DNA from: Escherichia phage SP15
Sequence record: AP019559
Direction: 5' to 3' (one strand)
Length of the DNA: 64,000 nucleotides
This document shows, piece by piece, positions 28,488-36,713 of this stretch. The translations under genes were made by a program, and so were the position numbers. Within the stretch, counting starts at the first letter, position 1, and each line of letters opens with the position of its first letter. The notes beneath the pieces were generated by a model. The model saw only the letters and a list, made by a program, of their open reading frames with translations. It made no database searches and was not told the DNA's origin.

Positions 28488-28524
28488 AATTGCTCCTATA
28501 TTTAGCTATCTCTAGCTCTTTTAA

Positions 28525-28600
28525 TGGTAGTTAGTAGTGGATTTGAACCACTGTAGTCGCTCCGTATGAAGGAGGTGCATAACCACTCTGCCAACTAACT
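28525..28600 (-). tRNA. tRNA, anticodon CAT (Met, or Ile if lysidine-modified)
   Basis: Hand fold: 7-bp acceptor, T-arm GGTTCAAATCC, anticodon loop TTCATAC, encoded CCA. Confidence 0.6.
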
Positions 28601-28696
28601 GTTATGTTTTACTAGACTAAGTAAGTATTCTTTATACTCTTTAGACCAATTAGCTTTTTTAAACTTTCCTGGACGCATAGTCTTAATTCCTAGATT

Positions 28697-28773
28697 TGGT
28701 ACTCCGGGAGGGATTTAAACCCCCGATCTCTCGGTTATCAGCCGAGTGCTTTAGATCGCTAAGCTACCGAAGT
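28697..28773 (-). tRNA. tRNA-Ile (GAT)
   Basis: Hand fold: perfect anticodon stem CTCGG/CCGAG, loop CTGATAA. Confidence 0.75.
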
Positions 28774-28788
28774 ATTAGAATATTTACA

Positions 28789-29079
28789 TCATACACTGTC
28801 TAAGTAAGAAGTATAATGGAATTTAGCTTCTCCAGTCTTATCTACTTCTACCTCAGTTCGTGGTACTTGACGAACCACACCATGAATCATCTTATAGCGA
28901 ATGCCTTTAGCTGGTTCATGATCTTTTGGGAATACTTGTTTAACCGTTACTACTTTATATCCTTCACGCGGTGTTAACACTACTACTTGATCACCTTCTT
29001 TGATTTTCCAAGAAGATGGAAATTCATAGGTATATCTTTGACCACCAGTTTGGAATACTACAGAAAGATAACGTTTCAT
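28789..29079 (-). CDS. hypothetical protein
   Basis: 96-aa ORF between tRNA genes with its own promoter. Confidence 0.55.
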   Translation of the reverse strand: MKRYLSVVFQTGGQRYTYEFPSSWKIKEGDQVVVLTPREGYKVVTVKQVFPKDHEPAKGIRYKMIHGVVRQVPRTEVEVDKTGEAKFHYTSYLDSV

Positions 29080-29109
29080 TTGGTTTCCCTCTCATTAATT
29101 TATATAGAT

Positions 29110-29138
29110 ATTATAACAAGAAATAAGAGAGAAGGCAA
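29110..29138 (-). promoter_or_regulatory. T5-type early promoter
   Basis: Minus strand TTGCCT, 17 nt, TATAAT. Confidence 0.55.
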
Positions 29139-29153
29139 ATGAATTTTTAAATT

Positions 29154-29228
29154 TGGTGCTCCCACCAGGAATCGAACCCGGTTCAGATGCTTACAAGGCA
29201 ACTGCATCGCCAGCAATGCTTTAGGAGC
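29154..29228 (-). tRNA. tRNA-Thr (TGT)
   Basis: Hand fold: loop CTTGTAA, acceptor GCTCCTA/TGGGAGC. Confidence 0.7.
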
Positions 29229-29395
29229 GATGATCCCGTTATTTCAACGGGATTTCTTTTTCAATAACAGGAGACTTATCAGTCATAACTGTCATTGCCA
29301 TTTGTTGTAGAAATTCAAAGGTGAAGGCTACACGTTCTTCACCAATCTCTACTTCTACACGTTTCTTTTGTTTATCAATCTTTACTTTTAGGTTG

Positions 29396-29617
29396 TCAGC
29401 CATCTTCGGGTTCTCGTTGCTGTACTACTTCTAGCCAGTCTGGTAGAAGAAACTTTGTACGAAATTCTTCGTAAGTTTCTTTGGGATAAAAGCTAAAACC
29501 TCCTTTCTCATCATTCAGGATAACAGAACCGTCAGTTTGTTCATATGCTCGATATGTTTCTCCAATAATGATAACTCGCTTATCAGTACTTTTATTATGA
29601 AACTCAAAAACGTGCAT
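29396..29617 (-). CDS. hypothetical protein
   Basis: 73 aa. Confidence 0.5.
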   Translation of the reverse strand: MHVFEFHNKSTDKRVIIIGETYRAYEQTDGSVILNDEKGGFSFYPKETYEEFRTKFLLPDWLEVVQQREPEDG

Positions 29618-29633
29618 AATGTTTCCTTAAAGT

Positions 29634-29709
29634 TGGAGCGGCTAGAGGGAATCGAACCCTACTCAGCGAGGCTTGGAAGGCCTGCGACACAACCCGTGTG
29701 CTTAACCGC
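29634..29709 (-). tRNA. tRNA-Gly (TCC)
   Basis: Hand fold: loop CTTCCAA; short D-arm. Confidence 0.65.
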
Positions 29710-29717
29710 TTATTATT

Positions 29718-29793
29718 TGGCTGGAGAAGGAGGAATCGAACCTACCATTAACGGAGTCAAAGGCCGTTGTGCTAACCGTTACACTACTCTCCA
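29718..29793 (-). tRNA. tRNA-Gln (TTG)
   Basis: Hand fold: loop CTTTGAC, U1-A72. Confidence 0.65.
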
Positions 29794-29799
29794 AGTATT

Positions 29800-29875
29800 T
29801 GGCTGGGATGCCACGGATTGAACGTGGAACCTTCGGAGTCAGAGGCCGACGATCTGCCAATTGATCTACATCCCA
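29800..29875 (-). tRNA. tRNA-Gln (CTG)
   Basis: Hand fold: perfect acceptor and T-stems, loop CTCTGAC. Confidence 0.7.
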
Positions 29876-29888
29876 ATAATTCTTTACT

Positions 29889-30083
29889 TTATGTAAATAG
29901 GGTAACTGGCTCAGGTTCTTCAAGGCGCTTACCTTCATGATCTACTCGAATGACTCCGCATCCTTCGCAAACCACAACTGCACCATAACCTTCTTTGACT
30001 TCGGCTTCTGTAATCAGACCAGATAAGTCACCAGTATCTCTGCCCCACATATTAATGGAGCATTGTTTGCAGAAATCAGCCAT
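29889..30083 (-). CDS. small zinc-ribbon protein
   Basis: 64 aa with CxxC...CxxC. Confidence 0.5.
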   Translation of the reverse strand: MADFCKQCSINMWGRDTGDLSGLITEAEVKEGYGAVVVCEGCGVIRVDHEGKRLEEPEPVTLFT

Positions 30084-30108
30084 ATTTTATTTCCTATTTA
30101 AGTTAATT

Positions 30109-30185
30109 TGGGGTGGCTAGTGGAATTCGAATCCACATAGGCCTGATTCACAATCAGGATCATTAACCAATTATGATATAGCCAC
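30109..30185 (-). tRNA. tRNA-His (GTG)
   Basis: Hand fold: loop TTGTGAA, discriminator C, all stems perfect. Confidence 0.8.
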
Positions 30186-30414
30186 AATTGAAAACTCGCA
30201 GGGTTAGCGAAACCTTCCTCAATTAGCATGTTCTAGAATACTAATCAAGTTATCTCCTATTGCACGCAGCTCAAGACGAGTACGAATTTTCAATTGTGGC
30301 AGCTCTCAGAAACTCTTCTATTCTAGCCCCAGAAGCTTACCCCCGAACGCATGTCGGGAAAGTCTTTCCAAGCGCATCAAATAGCACCGTTACACTTTGA
30401 GCCATTGATGTATC

Positions 30415-30499
30415 AAGGAACAGAAGGATTTGAACCTTCACGAGATAGACCATTTATCTCAACCGCTTTTAAGGTATATTTCTAGGAGTGGATGTTCCT
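30415..30499 (-). other. degenerate tRNA-like element
   Basis: Perfect 7-bp acceptor AGGAACA/TGTTCCT, T-arm GAAGG-TTCAAAT-CCTTC, variable-arm-like hairpin; no canonical D or anticodon arm; no CCA. Confidence 0.4.
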
Positions 30500-30552
30500 A
30501 GTAAACCTATTCGGCAGTCCCGTCTACCAATTCCGGCATATTCCAAGAATTT

Positions 30553-30726
30553 TTATAAACCAGCAGAAGCCTCATTTAAAGCATCAACAATAGCTTCACG
30601 TTGGGTCATTCCATACCCAGTGGAATCTAGGTGTGGCAAATAAGCCATCCATCCCTTATCTGTTTCATGAAGGCATGCTTTAAATTTTTTACCGTCCTTC
30701 ATTGTTACAGTAACTGTTTTGCTCAT
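30553..30726 (-). CDS. hypothetical small protein (57 aa, below ORF-track cutoff)
   Basis: ATG with AAGGAA RBS, fills the gap between tRNA genes. Confidence 0.4.
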   Translation of the reverse strand: MSKTVTVTMKDGKKFKACLHETDKGWMAYLPHLDSTGYGMTQREAIVDALNEASAGL

Positions 30727-30746
30727 AATGATTCCTTATAGTTAAT

Positions 30747-30836
30747 TGGAGGAAGGTAATGGAGTCGAACCATCACCGTATCACTACAGCGGGCTAGTTT
30801 TCAAGACTAGTTGCGTACCACTACGCCCTACCTTCC
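30747..30836 (-). tRNA. tRNA-Ser (TGA), class II
   Basis: Hand fold: loop CTTGAAA, long variable arm. Confidence 0.8.
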
Positions 30837-30843
30837 ATTTGTT

Positions 30844-30934
30844 TGGCGGAAGAGGAGAGATTTGAACTCTCAAGCCGTTTTACCAGTCAGCCACTTTCCA
30901 AGCGGTTTTCGTCGCCAATTCGATTTGCTCTTCC
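30844..30934 (-). tRNA. class II tRNA, anticodon unresolved (possibly Ser GGA)
   Basis: Acceptor GGAAGAG/CTCTTCC and T-arm resemble tRNA-Ser; D/anticodon region does not fold canonically by hand. Confidence 0.4.
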
Positions 30935-31046
30935 AAAAATAAGATGATGCCTCTATCACACCAGGCAGTTACGCCCCGCTGGGATTCGAACCCATTAAAA
31001 CAGCTCAACCGAGATAGTAGGTTTAATTTACTCTGACCATCAAATT

Positions 31047-31123
31047 TGGTGCGTGACAAGGGATTCGAACCCTCAAAACCCGACTTCTAAGGACGGTATG
31101 TATGCCAATTCCATCAATCACGC
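31047..31123 (-). tRNA. tRNA with anticodon TAG (Leu by anticodon) but class I architecture
   Basis: Hand fold: loop CTTAGAA, 5-nt variable loop, discriminator A. Confidence 0.55.
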
Positions 31124-31128
31124 GTATT

Positions 31129-31207
31129 TGGTGGAGGATAACGAATTCGAATCGTTCTGATGTCCTCGGTGCAAGCGAGGTGTCCACTCCCAGCAGACCC
31201 ATCCCCC
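31129..31207 (-). tRNA. tRNA-Ala (TGC)
   Basis: Hand fold: G3-U70 wobble in acceptor, loop CTTGCAC. Confidence 0.7.
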
Positions 31208-31492
31208 AAAATCTTTAGTTTACTAAGGCTATTAGCTCGGCGTAACTACAGCACCTTCGCTTCGAGCGGAAGGAACTACGTCATCTCGCAAACCCGATAC
31301 ACTATTCAGTTGCCGCTGAATCTAGTGGACTAATCTAGAACCTCTCCCGAGTCATAGGGATCGTGCTTTTTGGCAGCCAGTCCTAGGTCGAGCTAATACC
31401 TTAGTGAACTATGATGAGGATTTCTCCTCATCAATTTATATAAACATTATATCAAGAAATTAAGCATTAAGCAACTGAATTTCTTATTTAAT

Positions 31493-31566
31493 TGGTACTC
31501 AGTAGTGGAATCGAACCACTGCAACCACCGTGTAAAGATGGAGTTCTACCATTAAACTAACCGAGC
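31493..31566 (-). tRNA. tRNA-Val (TAC)
   Basis: Hand fold: loop TTTACAC. Confidence 0.7.
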
Positions 31567-31719
31567 AAAAGACGTTCTATAATATAGGCTTCAGTTATAA
31601 GCTCATAAAACCCTGCGAATATCATTGCAATAGTAAAATTATCTATGATTACTATTGGCTCTTTAATTTTTTGAATGATTAAATAAAACCAGATAGTCAT
31701 ATCTGACTTCCTCGTAATT

Positions 31720-31798
31720 TGGTAGATCGCCTGGGACTCGAACCCAGAACCTTCCGATTAAAAGTCGGATGCTACTAAACCTATTGAGCTAGCGACCT
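31720..31798 (-). tRNA. tRNA-Lys (TTT)
   Basis: Hand fold: perfect anticodon stem, loop CTTTTAA. Confidence 0.7.
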
Positions 31799-31987
31799 AT
31801 TAGTAGCCATTATATACTTCTTTAATAGAATGGACTTTTAAGTAAGGATGATTAATCCCAAACTCCGCCATTACTTCTTTTTCATCTTTTCCATAATGTG
31901 CAAGTAAGGATCTTGAGGTATTATTACCTAAACGTTTGTCATTTACTACTAATCGAAATACTTTCATTTCGAAATCCTCTATTAAAA

Positions 31988-32064
31988 TGGAAGCGGGTGC
32001 AGGAATCGAACCTACCTCTTTCTAGCTTATGAGACTAGCGATCTCTACCAGAGATCTAACCCGC
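31988..32064 (-). tRNA. tRNA, anticodon CAT (Met/fMet/Ile2 not resolved)
   Basis: Hand fold: loop CTCATAA; acceptor pairing ambiguous at the 1-72 position. Confidence 0.6.
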
Positions 32065-32071
32065 AATTGTT

Positions 32072-32147
32072 TGGTCAGTGCGGCAGGACTCGAACCTGCG
32101 ACCCGAAGCATCCAAGGCTCCCACGCTACCAACTGCGCTACGCACTG
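32072..32147 (-). tRNA. tRNA-Pro (TGG)
   Basis: Hand fold: perfect acceptor CAGTGCG/CGCACTG, loop CTTGGAT. Confidence 0.8.
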
Positions 32148-32156
32148 TTAATTCTT

Positions 32157-32354
32157 TTATTGTGGGGGGATATTAATAATTCGTCCATCTACACAATAAA
32201 CGGTACTAGGGATTGTACTGTATATGTAGAAATTCTTTATATTACTCTCTCCGCCACAGAAATTTTTAGCAAATTCATACTCTTTATTAATGGTTGAGTC
32301 AAGTTTAAAACAACCAGTAAGTAGGAATACAGATAGCAATAAAACTTTCTTCAT
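32157..32354 (-). CDS. small lipoprotein
   Basis: 65 aa, signal peptide with lipobox 'LLTGC'; early-type promoter upstream. Confidence 0.5.
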   Translation of the reverse strand: MKKVLLLSVFLLTGCFKLDSTINKEYEFAKNFCGGESNIKNFYIYSTIPSTVYCVDGRIINIPPQ

Positions 32355-32564
32355 TTTGCTTTCCTTCTCTTCACTTTATAAAATATATTATACAGAGAAT
32401 TAAGTAAAATAGCAAATGAATTTTTAATAAATTTACTTATTGTGTAGGCCACCTGGAGGCTATGAACCCCACGGCTGACAAAGAAGTTTGCGAGACTTCT
32501 CTTAAAAGCCAGAATAGACCCGCCGATCTATCGGAACCTACATAATAAGTAAACTTTATAGTGT

Positions 32565-32640
32565 CATTCTAGACAGGACTCGAACCTGTTATCACTTGTG
32601 CGGACTTACGAGAACCATTCTTTCACTCGAATCGAACGAG
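32565..32640 (-). other. degenerate tRNA-like element with two T-arm-like hairpins
   Basis: ACAGG-TTCGAGT-CCTGT and CTCG-TTCGATT-CGAG hairpins; no canonical anticodon arm. Confidence 0.35.
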
Positions 32641-32807
32641 CTTCTGCCCTAGCCAAGCTGGTTTCCCCATCAACCACGCTAGAATGTTTGATTGTTTTCA
32701 GTGCAAGAGTCCGAGTCTTGGACACGACCGCTTCGCAAGTACATAGGCAGCTTATCATGAGTCAGCACTTCCGAATTGCTAGCCCCGTGTTCTGCACTGA
32801 AATTTTA

Positions 32808-33155
32808 TTAGTTTAACCGTAAAGTATTATCTACTTCACCATTAATTGTTCGGCATTCCTCTGGGATTGCTGGTGTAGCCTTGTATTCCCACCACTCAGC
32901 ACCATCATATTCCCCACGTTCTAGCCAAGTTCCATCGGCAAACCATACATTACCATAAAGTAATTGTCCACCGTATCCAGAATCATATTCAAAGTCTAGG
33001 TTATTAAGAAACCCCTCAATGTCTTCTTCTGTATAACCTAAAGGTAATACCCAGACTTTTTTGTCCCCATAATACCCAAATTCTATTTTAATACACTTAA
33101 CTTTAGAATTGGTATTTTTTAAGGCGAGTAACAGCTCTTCTTTAGCATTACGCAT
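32808..33155 (-). CDS. hypothetical protein
   Basis: 115 aa, Trp/Tyr/Gly-rich. Confidence 0.5.
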   Translation of the reverse strand: MRNAKEELLLALKNTNSKVKCIKIEFGYYGDKKVWVLPLGYTEEDIEGFLNNLDFEYDSGYGGQLLYGNVWFADGTWLERGEYDGAEWWEYKATPAIPEECRTINGEVDNTLRLN

Positions 33156-33180
33156 AGTATATTCTCATACTGAATTAAGT

Positions 33181-33257
33181 TGGCGCGACCGATGGGATTT
33201 GAACCCACATTCTCTCCCGTGACAGGGGAGTACCATTACCAAGCCAGCCCCGGTCGC
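33181..33257 (-). tRNA. tRNA-Asp (GTC)
   Basis: Hand fold: perfect acceptor GCGACCG/CGGTCGC, loop CTGTCAC. Confidence 0.8.
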
Positions 33258-33266
33258 ATAATTCAT

Positions 33267-33452
33267 TTACTCAGCTTTGAGTTTTTCAATAGCTGCATTA
33301 AGTTCTTTAAGAAACTCTTTTCGTACATTAAGACGATTGAGACTTACTAGTATATCGTGTTTAAGTTCTTCGATGTATTTCTTTTCAACTTCAATATTGT
33401 TGATAGTGCTATCACGATGAACTTCTAGCTGCGCAATTACATTCTTGGACAT
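33267..33452 (-). CDS. small coiled-coil protein
   Basis: 61 aa. Confidence 0.5.
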   Translation of the reverse strand: MSKNVIAQLEVHRDSTINNIEVEKKYIEELKHDILVSLNRLNVRKEFLKELNAAIEKLKAE

Positions 33453-33554
33453 GCTTGTTTCCTCAGTTATTAATGAAAATGGTATCTGTGGCTGAATTCG
33501 ATGTCAGCAATGATAGCTGGTTGGCTACCGGTTTACTTAACTCTACACAGAATT

Positions 33555-33637
33555 TGGCGGGCCGTGTAGGATTCGAACCTACGTTGTCTTTCGACATGGA
33601 TTAACAGTCCACCGCCAAACCGCTTGGCTAACGACCC
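33555..33637 (-). tRNA. class II (long variable arm) tRNA with anticodon GTT (Asn by anticodon), discriminator G
   Basis: Hand fold is clean: D-stem GCCA/TGGC, anticodon stem GTGGA/TCCAT, loop CTGTTAA, variable hairpin GTC-GAAA-GAC, T-arm GTAGG-TTCGAAT-CCTAC. Confidence 0.6.
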
Positions 33638-33789
33638 TAAATTTATATTGCTGACTAGGATTTTCACCTAGACGGAGTTAGCACCGTAGCGTGTAGCGGC
33701 ATACCTCTCCAAACCGTGCCTCATCTTTCAATTACGGAGACAGTGTTCCTACGCGTGCCTGAATTGATTCAACAATTCTTCCAGCAAAT

Positions 33790-33865
33790 TGGACGACCGC
33801 ATGAGATTTGAACTCACATAAAAAGGATTTGCAATCCTTCGCCTAAGCCCTTCAGCCAACGGTCG
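33790..33865 (-). tRNA. tRNA-Cys (GCA)
   Basis: Hand fold: perfect anticodon stem AAGGA/TCCTT, loop TTGCAAA. Confidence 0.75.
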
Positions 33866-33934
33866 GTTTATCTTGTTCTGTCATGTTGCTTCTCCAGTTC
33901 AATTTATGTAATTATTATACAGAACTTTTGGAAA

Positions 33935-34207
33935 CTAAGCAACTACATTTTTTAAGAATTTGATGCCTTTCTTTTTCTTCTTATATTTCCACGTTAATGG
34001 ATTCTGTCGATTATGAACGCTTGAGATCTTTGTCTCGTCAAAGTTCTTCAATATCATGTAATCACAGGATAATTGTTCTAGTAGAATGTGATCACCGTCA
34101 AAAGCGTATACATAAGGCTGTTGACTAACACGATAATGATAGACTTTGTTAATTCTACGTTTCAGCGACTTATCAGCGCAGTAAATAAAGAAGTTTTCAG
34201 GATGCAT
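33935..34207 (-). CDS. hypothetical basic protein
   Basis: Track ORF 33935..34222 (TTG start) trimmed to the ATG at 34207 with AAGGAG RBS. Confidence 0.5.
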   Translation of the reverse strand: MHPENFFIYCADKSLKRRINKVYHYRVSQQPYVYAFDGDHILLEQLSCDYMILKNFDETKISSVHNRQNPLTWKYKKKKKGIKFLKNVVA

Positions 34208-34224
34208 CAGCAGCTCCTTCAATT

Positions 34225-34299
34225 TGGTGCACCCTGTTCGTATCGAACGAACCTCTCAAGCTCTTCAGGCAAGCGCTAATCCATCTCAGCTAAAGGTGC
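34225..34299 (-). tRNA. tRNA-Phe (GAA)
   Basis: Hand fold: U8-A9, D-stem GCTG/TAGC, loop CTGAAGA; two U-U mismatches in anticodon stem. Confidence 0.55.
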
Positions 34300-34305
34300 A
34301 AATTT

Positions 34306-34382
34306 TGGCAAACCTACTAGGACTCGAACCTAGACCGTACGGTTTTGGAGACCGACATGCTGTCCAGTAACACTCTAGGAAT
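34306..34382 (-). tRNA. tRNA-Trp (CCA)
   Basis: Hand fold: loop CTCCAAA, perfect T-stem; acceptor has two U-U mismatches. Confidence 0.55.
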
Positions 34383-34390
34383 GCAGAAAT

Positions 34391-34467
34391 TGGCGTCCTG
34401 TGCGGGGATCGAACCCGCAAATCCTACCTTGAAAGGGTAGTGACTTTACCAGTTTGTCTAACAGGAC
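34391..34467 (-). tRNA. tRNA-Glu (TTC)
   Basis: Hand fold: all four stems perfect, loop CTTTCAA. Confidence 0.85.
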
Positions 34468-34474
34468 TTAAATT

Positions 34475-34565
34475 TGGTGTTGGATGATGGAGTCGAACCA
34501 CCCGAGACCCTTCCGAGTCGGCAGATTTACAGTCTGCTTCGCTACCTCTACGATACTAATCCAAC
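34475..34565 (-). tRNA. tRNA-Tyr (GTA), class II
   Basis: Hand fold: perfect acceptor GTTGGAT/ATCCAAC, anticodon arm GCAGA-CTGTAAA-TCTGC, long variable arm. Confidence 0.75.
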
Positions 34566-34630
34566 ATATTTAGAAGTATTCAAAAATTCTCATTTAAACA
34601 CTTTTAAATATGTTTTCAAATTAGGTAACT

Positions 34631-34687
34631 ATTATACCAAGTTTTAAGGCACTGAGCAAGTCAAATTTTAAAGAACTTGCTCAGTGC
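34631..34687 (-). promoter_or_regulatory. early promoter for the tRNA cluster overlapping a 13-bp perfect inverted repeat
   Basis: Minus strand TTGCTC, 17 nt, TATAAT (34631-34659); inverted repeat GCACTGAGCAAGT 34649-34661 / 34675-34687. Confidence 0.55.
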
Positions 34688-34695
34688 TATATTAG

Positions 34696-34971
34696 TTAGT
34701 CGAACTTAGGAGTGACAGTTAAGGAGAACGGAAGTTCGAAAACTTCTTCACCCTCATTACTAACGGTAACTACACGACCTTTAAGTTCAGACATTAAAAT
34801 ATCAATATCAGCTTTTGCATCTGGAGCCATACCAGCTTCAACACATTTAGCTTTAACTTCCGGCAGAAGTTCGACATCGTAGAAATAAAGCCATTCAATC
34901 TCACCTTCCCAGCCTTCCCAGGATTTACAGATTGCACTTTCAATACCAGTTGCTACAACACGATTTTGCAT
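34696..34971 (-). CDS. hypothetical acidic protein
   Basis: 91 aa. Confidence 0.5.
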   Translation of the reverse strand: MQNRVVATGIESAICKSWEGWEGEIEWLYFYDVELLPEVKAKCVEAGMAPDAKADIDILMSELKGRVVTVSNEGEEVFELPFSLTVTPKFD

Positions 34972-35061
34972 TCGTTAACTCCTTCATCAATTTATACAAC
35001 TATTATATCAGAAATTTAAAGCAAAAGGCAAGTACATTTTTAAAAATTCTGTTTGGAGGAG

Positions 35062-35268
35062 CTAAACTCCAGATTCTTCAGCTAAGTCTAGGCTAATAAG
35101 AGTTATAGCCATAATTGCTGCACCGTGTTCTTTTTCTCCGGTGTTTTTAGCAGAGTCTATAATAGTCTTAATCTGTTCGTAATAGCCTTTTACTTCTTGT
35201 TCAATACCTGCCTCGGCTATCATGCCTTTAGTCATGATTCGTTGCATAGTAATTTCACGGTTAGCCAT
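35062..35268 (-). CDS. hypothetical protein
   Basis: 68 aa. Confidence 0.5.
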   Translation of the reverse strand: MANREITMQRIMTKGMIAEAGIEQEVKGYYEQIKTIIDSAKNTGEKEHGAAIMAITLISLDLAEESGV

Positions 35269-35428
35269 GATGTTTCTCCAGCTTCATTTTTAATAGTTTA
35301 CAAATGAAATCAACGTCTTCATCTGTACCTAGATCTCTATCTTCAAGAGTTGCCTTGAAGTTTTTAGTCAATTCCATGAGGATAACTTCTCTAGAACGAC
35401 GTGTTGGCGGAGGTGGATGTCTATACAT
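35261..35428 (-). CDS. hypothetical small protein (55 aa, below ORF-track cutoff)
   Basis: ATG with AAGGAAATAAG RBS; 8-nt overlap with the downstream gene. Confidence 0.35.
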   Translation of the reverse strand: MYRHPPPPTRRSREVILMELTKNFKATLEDRDLGTDEDVDFICKLLKMKLEKHHG

Positions 35429-35443
35429 CTTATTTCCTTAGTT

Positions 35444-35520
35444 TGGTAGGGGTGGTGGGATTCGAACCCACAAAACCTGAATTTTAAGTCCAGTACCTAT
35501 GCCAATTCGATTACACCCCC
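35444..35520 (-). tRNA. tRNA with anticodon TAA (Leu by anticodon) but class I architecture
   Basis: Hand fold: good acceptor and T-stem, loop CTTAAAA, 5-nt variable loop, discriminator A. Confidence 0.55.
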
Positions 35521-35527
35521 GTGTAGT

Positions 35528-35716
35528 TTAGTCAATTACTTTTGAGGCTTCAAGGTAGTCGATATAGTGTATGTTTTCTACCGTAATCATATAATCTGTC
35601 ACTTTATCCATAGCTTGGGCTTCAGAGGTAGCTCTGGCTAACCTATATCCTTTTTTATATTCATCCGGGTATTCTCTATCTTGGATAAACACAACATAAA
35701 CTATATATAGATCCAT
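35528..35716 (-). CDS. hypothetical protein
   Basis: 62 aa. Confidence 0.5.
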   Translation of the reverse strand: MDLYIVYVVFIQDREYPDEYKKGYRLARATSEAQAMDKVTDYMITVENIHYIDYLEASKVID

Positions 35717-35735
35717 TTGTGACCTCTATTTAATT

Positions 35736-35813
35736 TGGTGGCTCCCCGAGGATTCGAACCTACGTACCTTCCGGTTATGAGCCGGGTGCTCATACCATAT
35801 GAGCTTGAGAACC
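35736..35813 (-). tRNA. tRNA, anticodon CAT (third copy)
   Basis: Hand fold: perfect D-stem GCTC/GAGC, loop CTCATAA; weak T-stem. Confidence 0.5.
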
Positions 35814-35819
35814 AGAATT

Positions 35820-35908
35820 TGGCGGAAGAAGCGGGAATCGAACCCACAAGGCTATATTTCAAACCGACAGATTAGCAATCTGCTGCAATACCGTTATGCT
35901 ATTCTTCC
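35820..35908 (-). tRNA. tRNA-Ser (GCT), class II
   Basis: Hand fold: perfect acceptor GGAAGAA/TTCTTCC, loop TTGCTAA, long variable arm. Confidence 0.75.
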
Positions 35909-35929
35909 GAATTTATAAGATATATTATA

Positions 35930-36448
35930 TTAGAAATTTAGCTTCATAGCAAGAAAATTTTTCAAGTTTTCGGTAGACATCTCATCCACATCTACGGGAG
36001 AAACAAAGCCGTTTAATTTTCTAGCAAATTTTTCACCCGCAGGATCATTATCTCCGACAGCTACCAATTTAAAAGGTAGTAATTTCAGTTGCTTTAATAA
36101 CGCTTTTCCTGGAGAAGAACCCAACATTGCTAGGGCTGGATAACCAGCATTATGTAACGCAACTGCCTTAAATACAGATTCAGCAATCAATACTACTTTT
36201 TCATCTCCATTGAGAGTTTCTAGTCCCCATACACACTGGGTAGTAGAATAAGTAAAGTATTTAGCTTCAAAGGGGCACTTACCATGACCTTTTGGAGCAG
36301 AAGGATTATAAGTTTGATAGCCCCTCAACATCCCAGAGAAGTCATACAACGGGACTGTTAGCCATCCTTCCGGACTTAACCAGCAATGATATTTATCTGT
36401 ATCAAATCCTCTAGATAAGAGGTGCTGTGTTAGCTCATCAACATTCAT
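35930..36448 (-). CDS. TOPRIM-domain protein (small primase or nuclease-like)
   Basis: Track ORF 35930..36499 trimmed to the ATG at 36448 (AAGAGGAA RBS); conserved Glu in 'LIAESVF' and 'VGDNDPAGE' DxD motif. Confidence 0.5.
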   Translation of the reverse strand: MNVDELTQHLLSRGFDTDKYHCWLSPEGWLTVPLYDFSGMLRGYQTYNPSAPKGHGKCPFEAKYFTYSTTQCVWGLETLNGDEKVVLIAESVFKAVALHNAGYPALAMLGSSPGKALLKQLKLLPFKLVAVGDNDPAGEKFARKLNGFVSPVDVDEMSTENLKNFLAMKLNF

Positions 36449-36623
36449 ATTTGGTTCCTCTTTCAAATTTATAGATATATTATACAGAGAATTTAGCATT
36501 CAAGCAATCAAATTTTTTAACTTTTTAGAGGAAAATCATAGGGCACTTAAGGATAGCAGATAAGTGGTGAGGACCAAAATTTGTGACCCCACTAAAAATT
36601 CAGGGGCAATTTTTAAAGACCCC

Positions 36624-36652
36624 TTGACATTTTCGCTGGGGTAGTGTAAAGT
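36624..36652 (+). promoter_or_regulatory. sigma70-type promoter for the plus-strand three-gene module
   Basis: Consensus TTGACA, 17-nt spacer, TAAAGT. Confidence 0.55.
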
Positions 36653-36713
36653 ATATGTTATGGATGAGTGATCAAAGAGACACACATTTTCTATATACTA
36701 GGAGGTGTCAAAA

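Noticed and set aside
29229-29250. Hairpin CCGTT-atttc-AACGG followed by a T-run as a terminator
   Set aside because: Only a 5-bp AT-rich stem, and the T-run is on the strand opposite to local transcription.
29537-29938. Track ORFs 29537..29821 (+) and 29702..29938 (-)
   Set aside because: Both run through three consecutive well-folded tRNA genes (Gly, Gln, Gln); coding is implausible.
32067-32297. Track ORF 32067..32297 (+), 76 aa
   Set aside because: Overlaps tRNA-Pro and the minus-strand lipoprotein gene; TTG start with no RBS.
32598-32816. Track ORF 32598..32816 (+), 72 aa
   Set aside because: GTG start inside a tRNA-like element, opposite to all neighbouring genes, no RBS.
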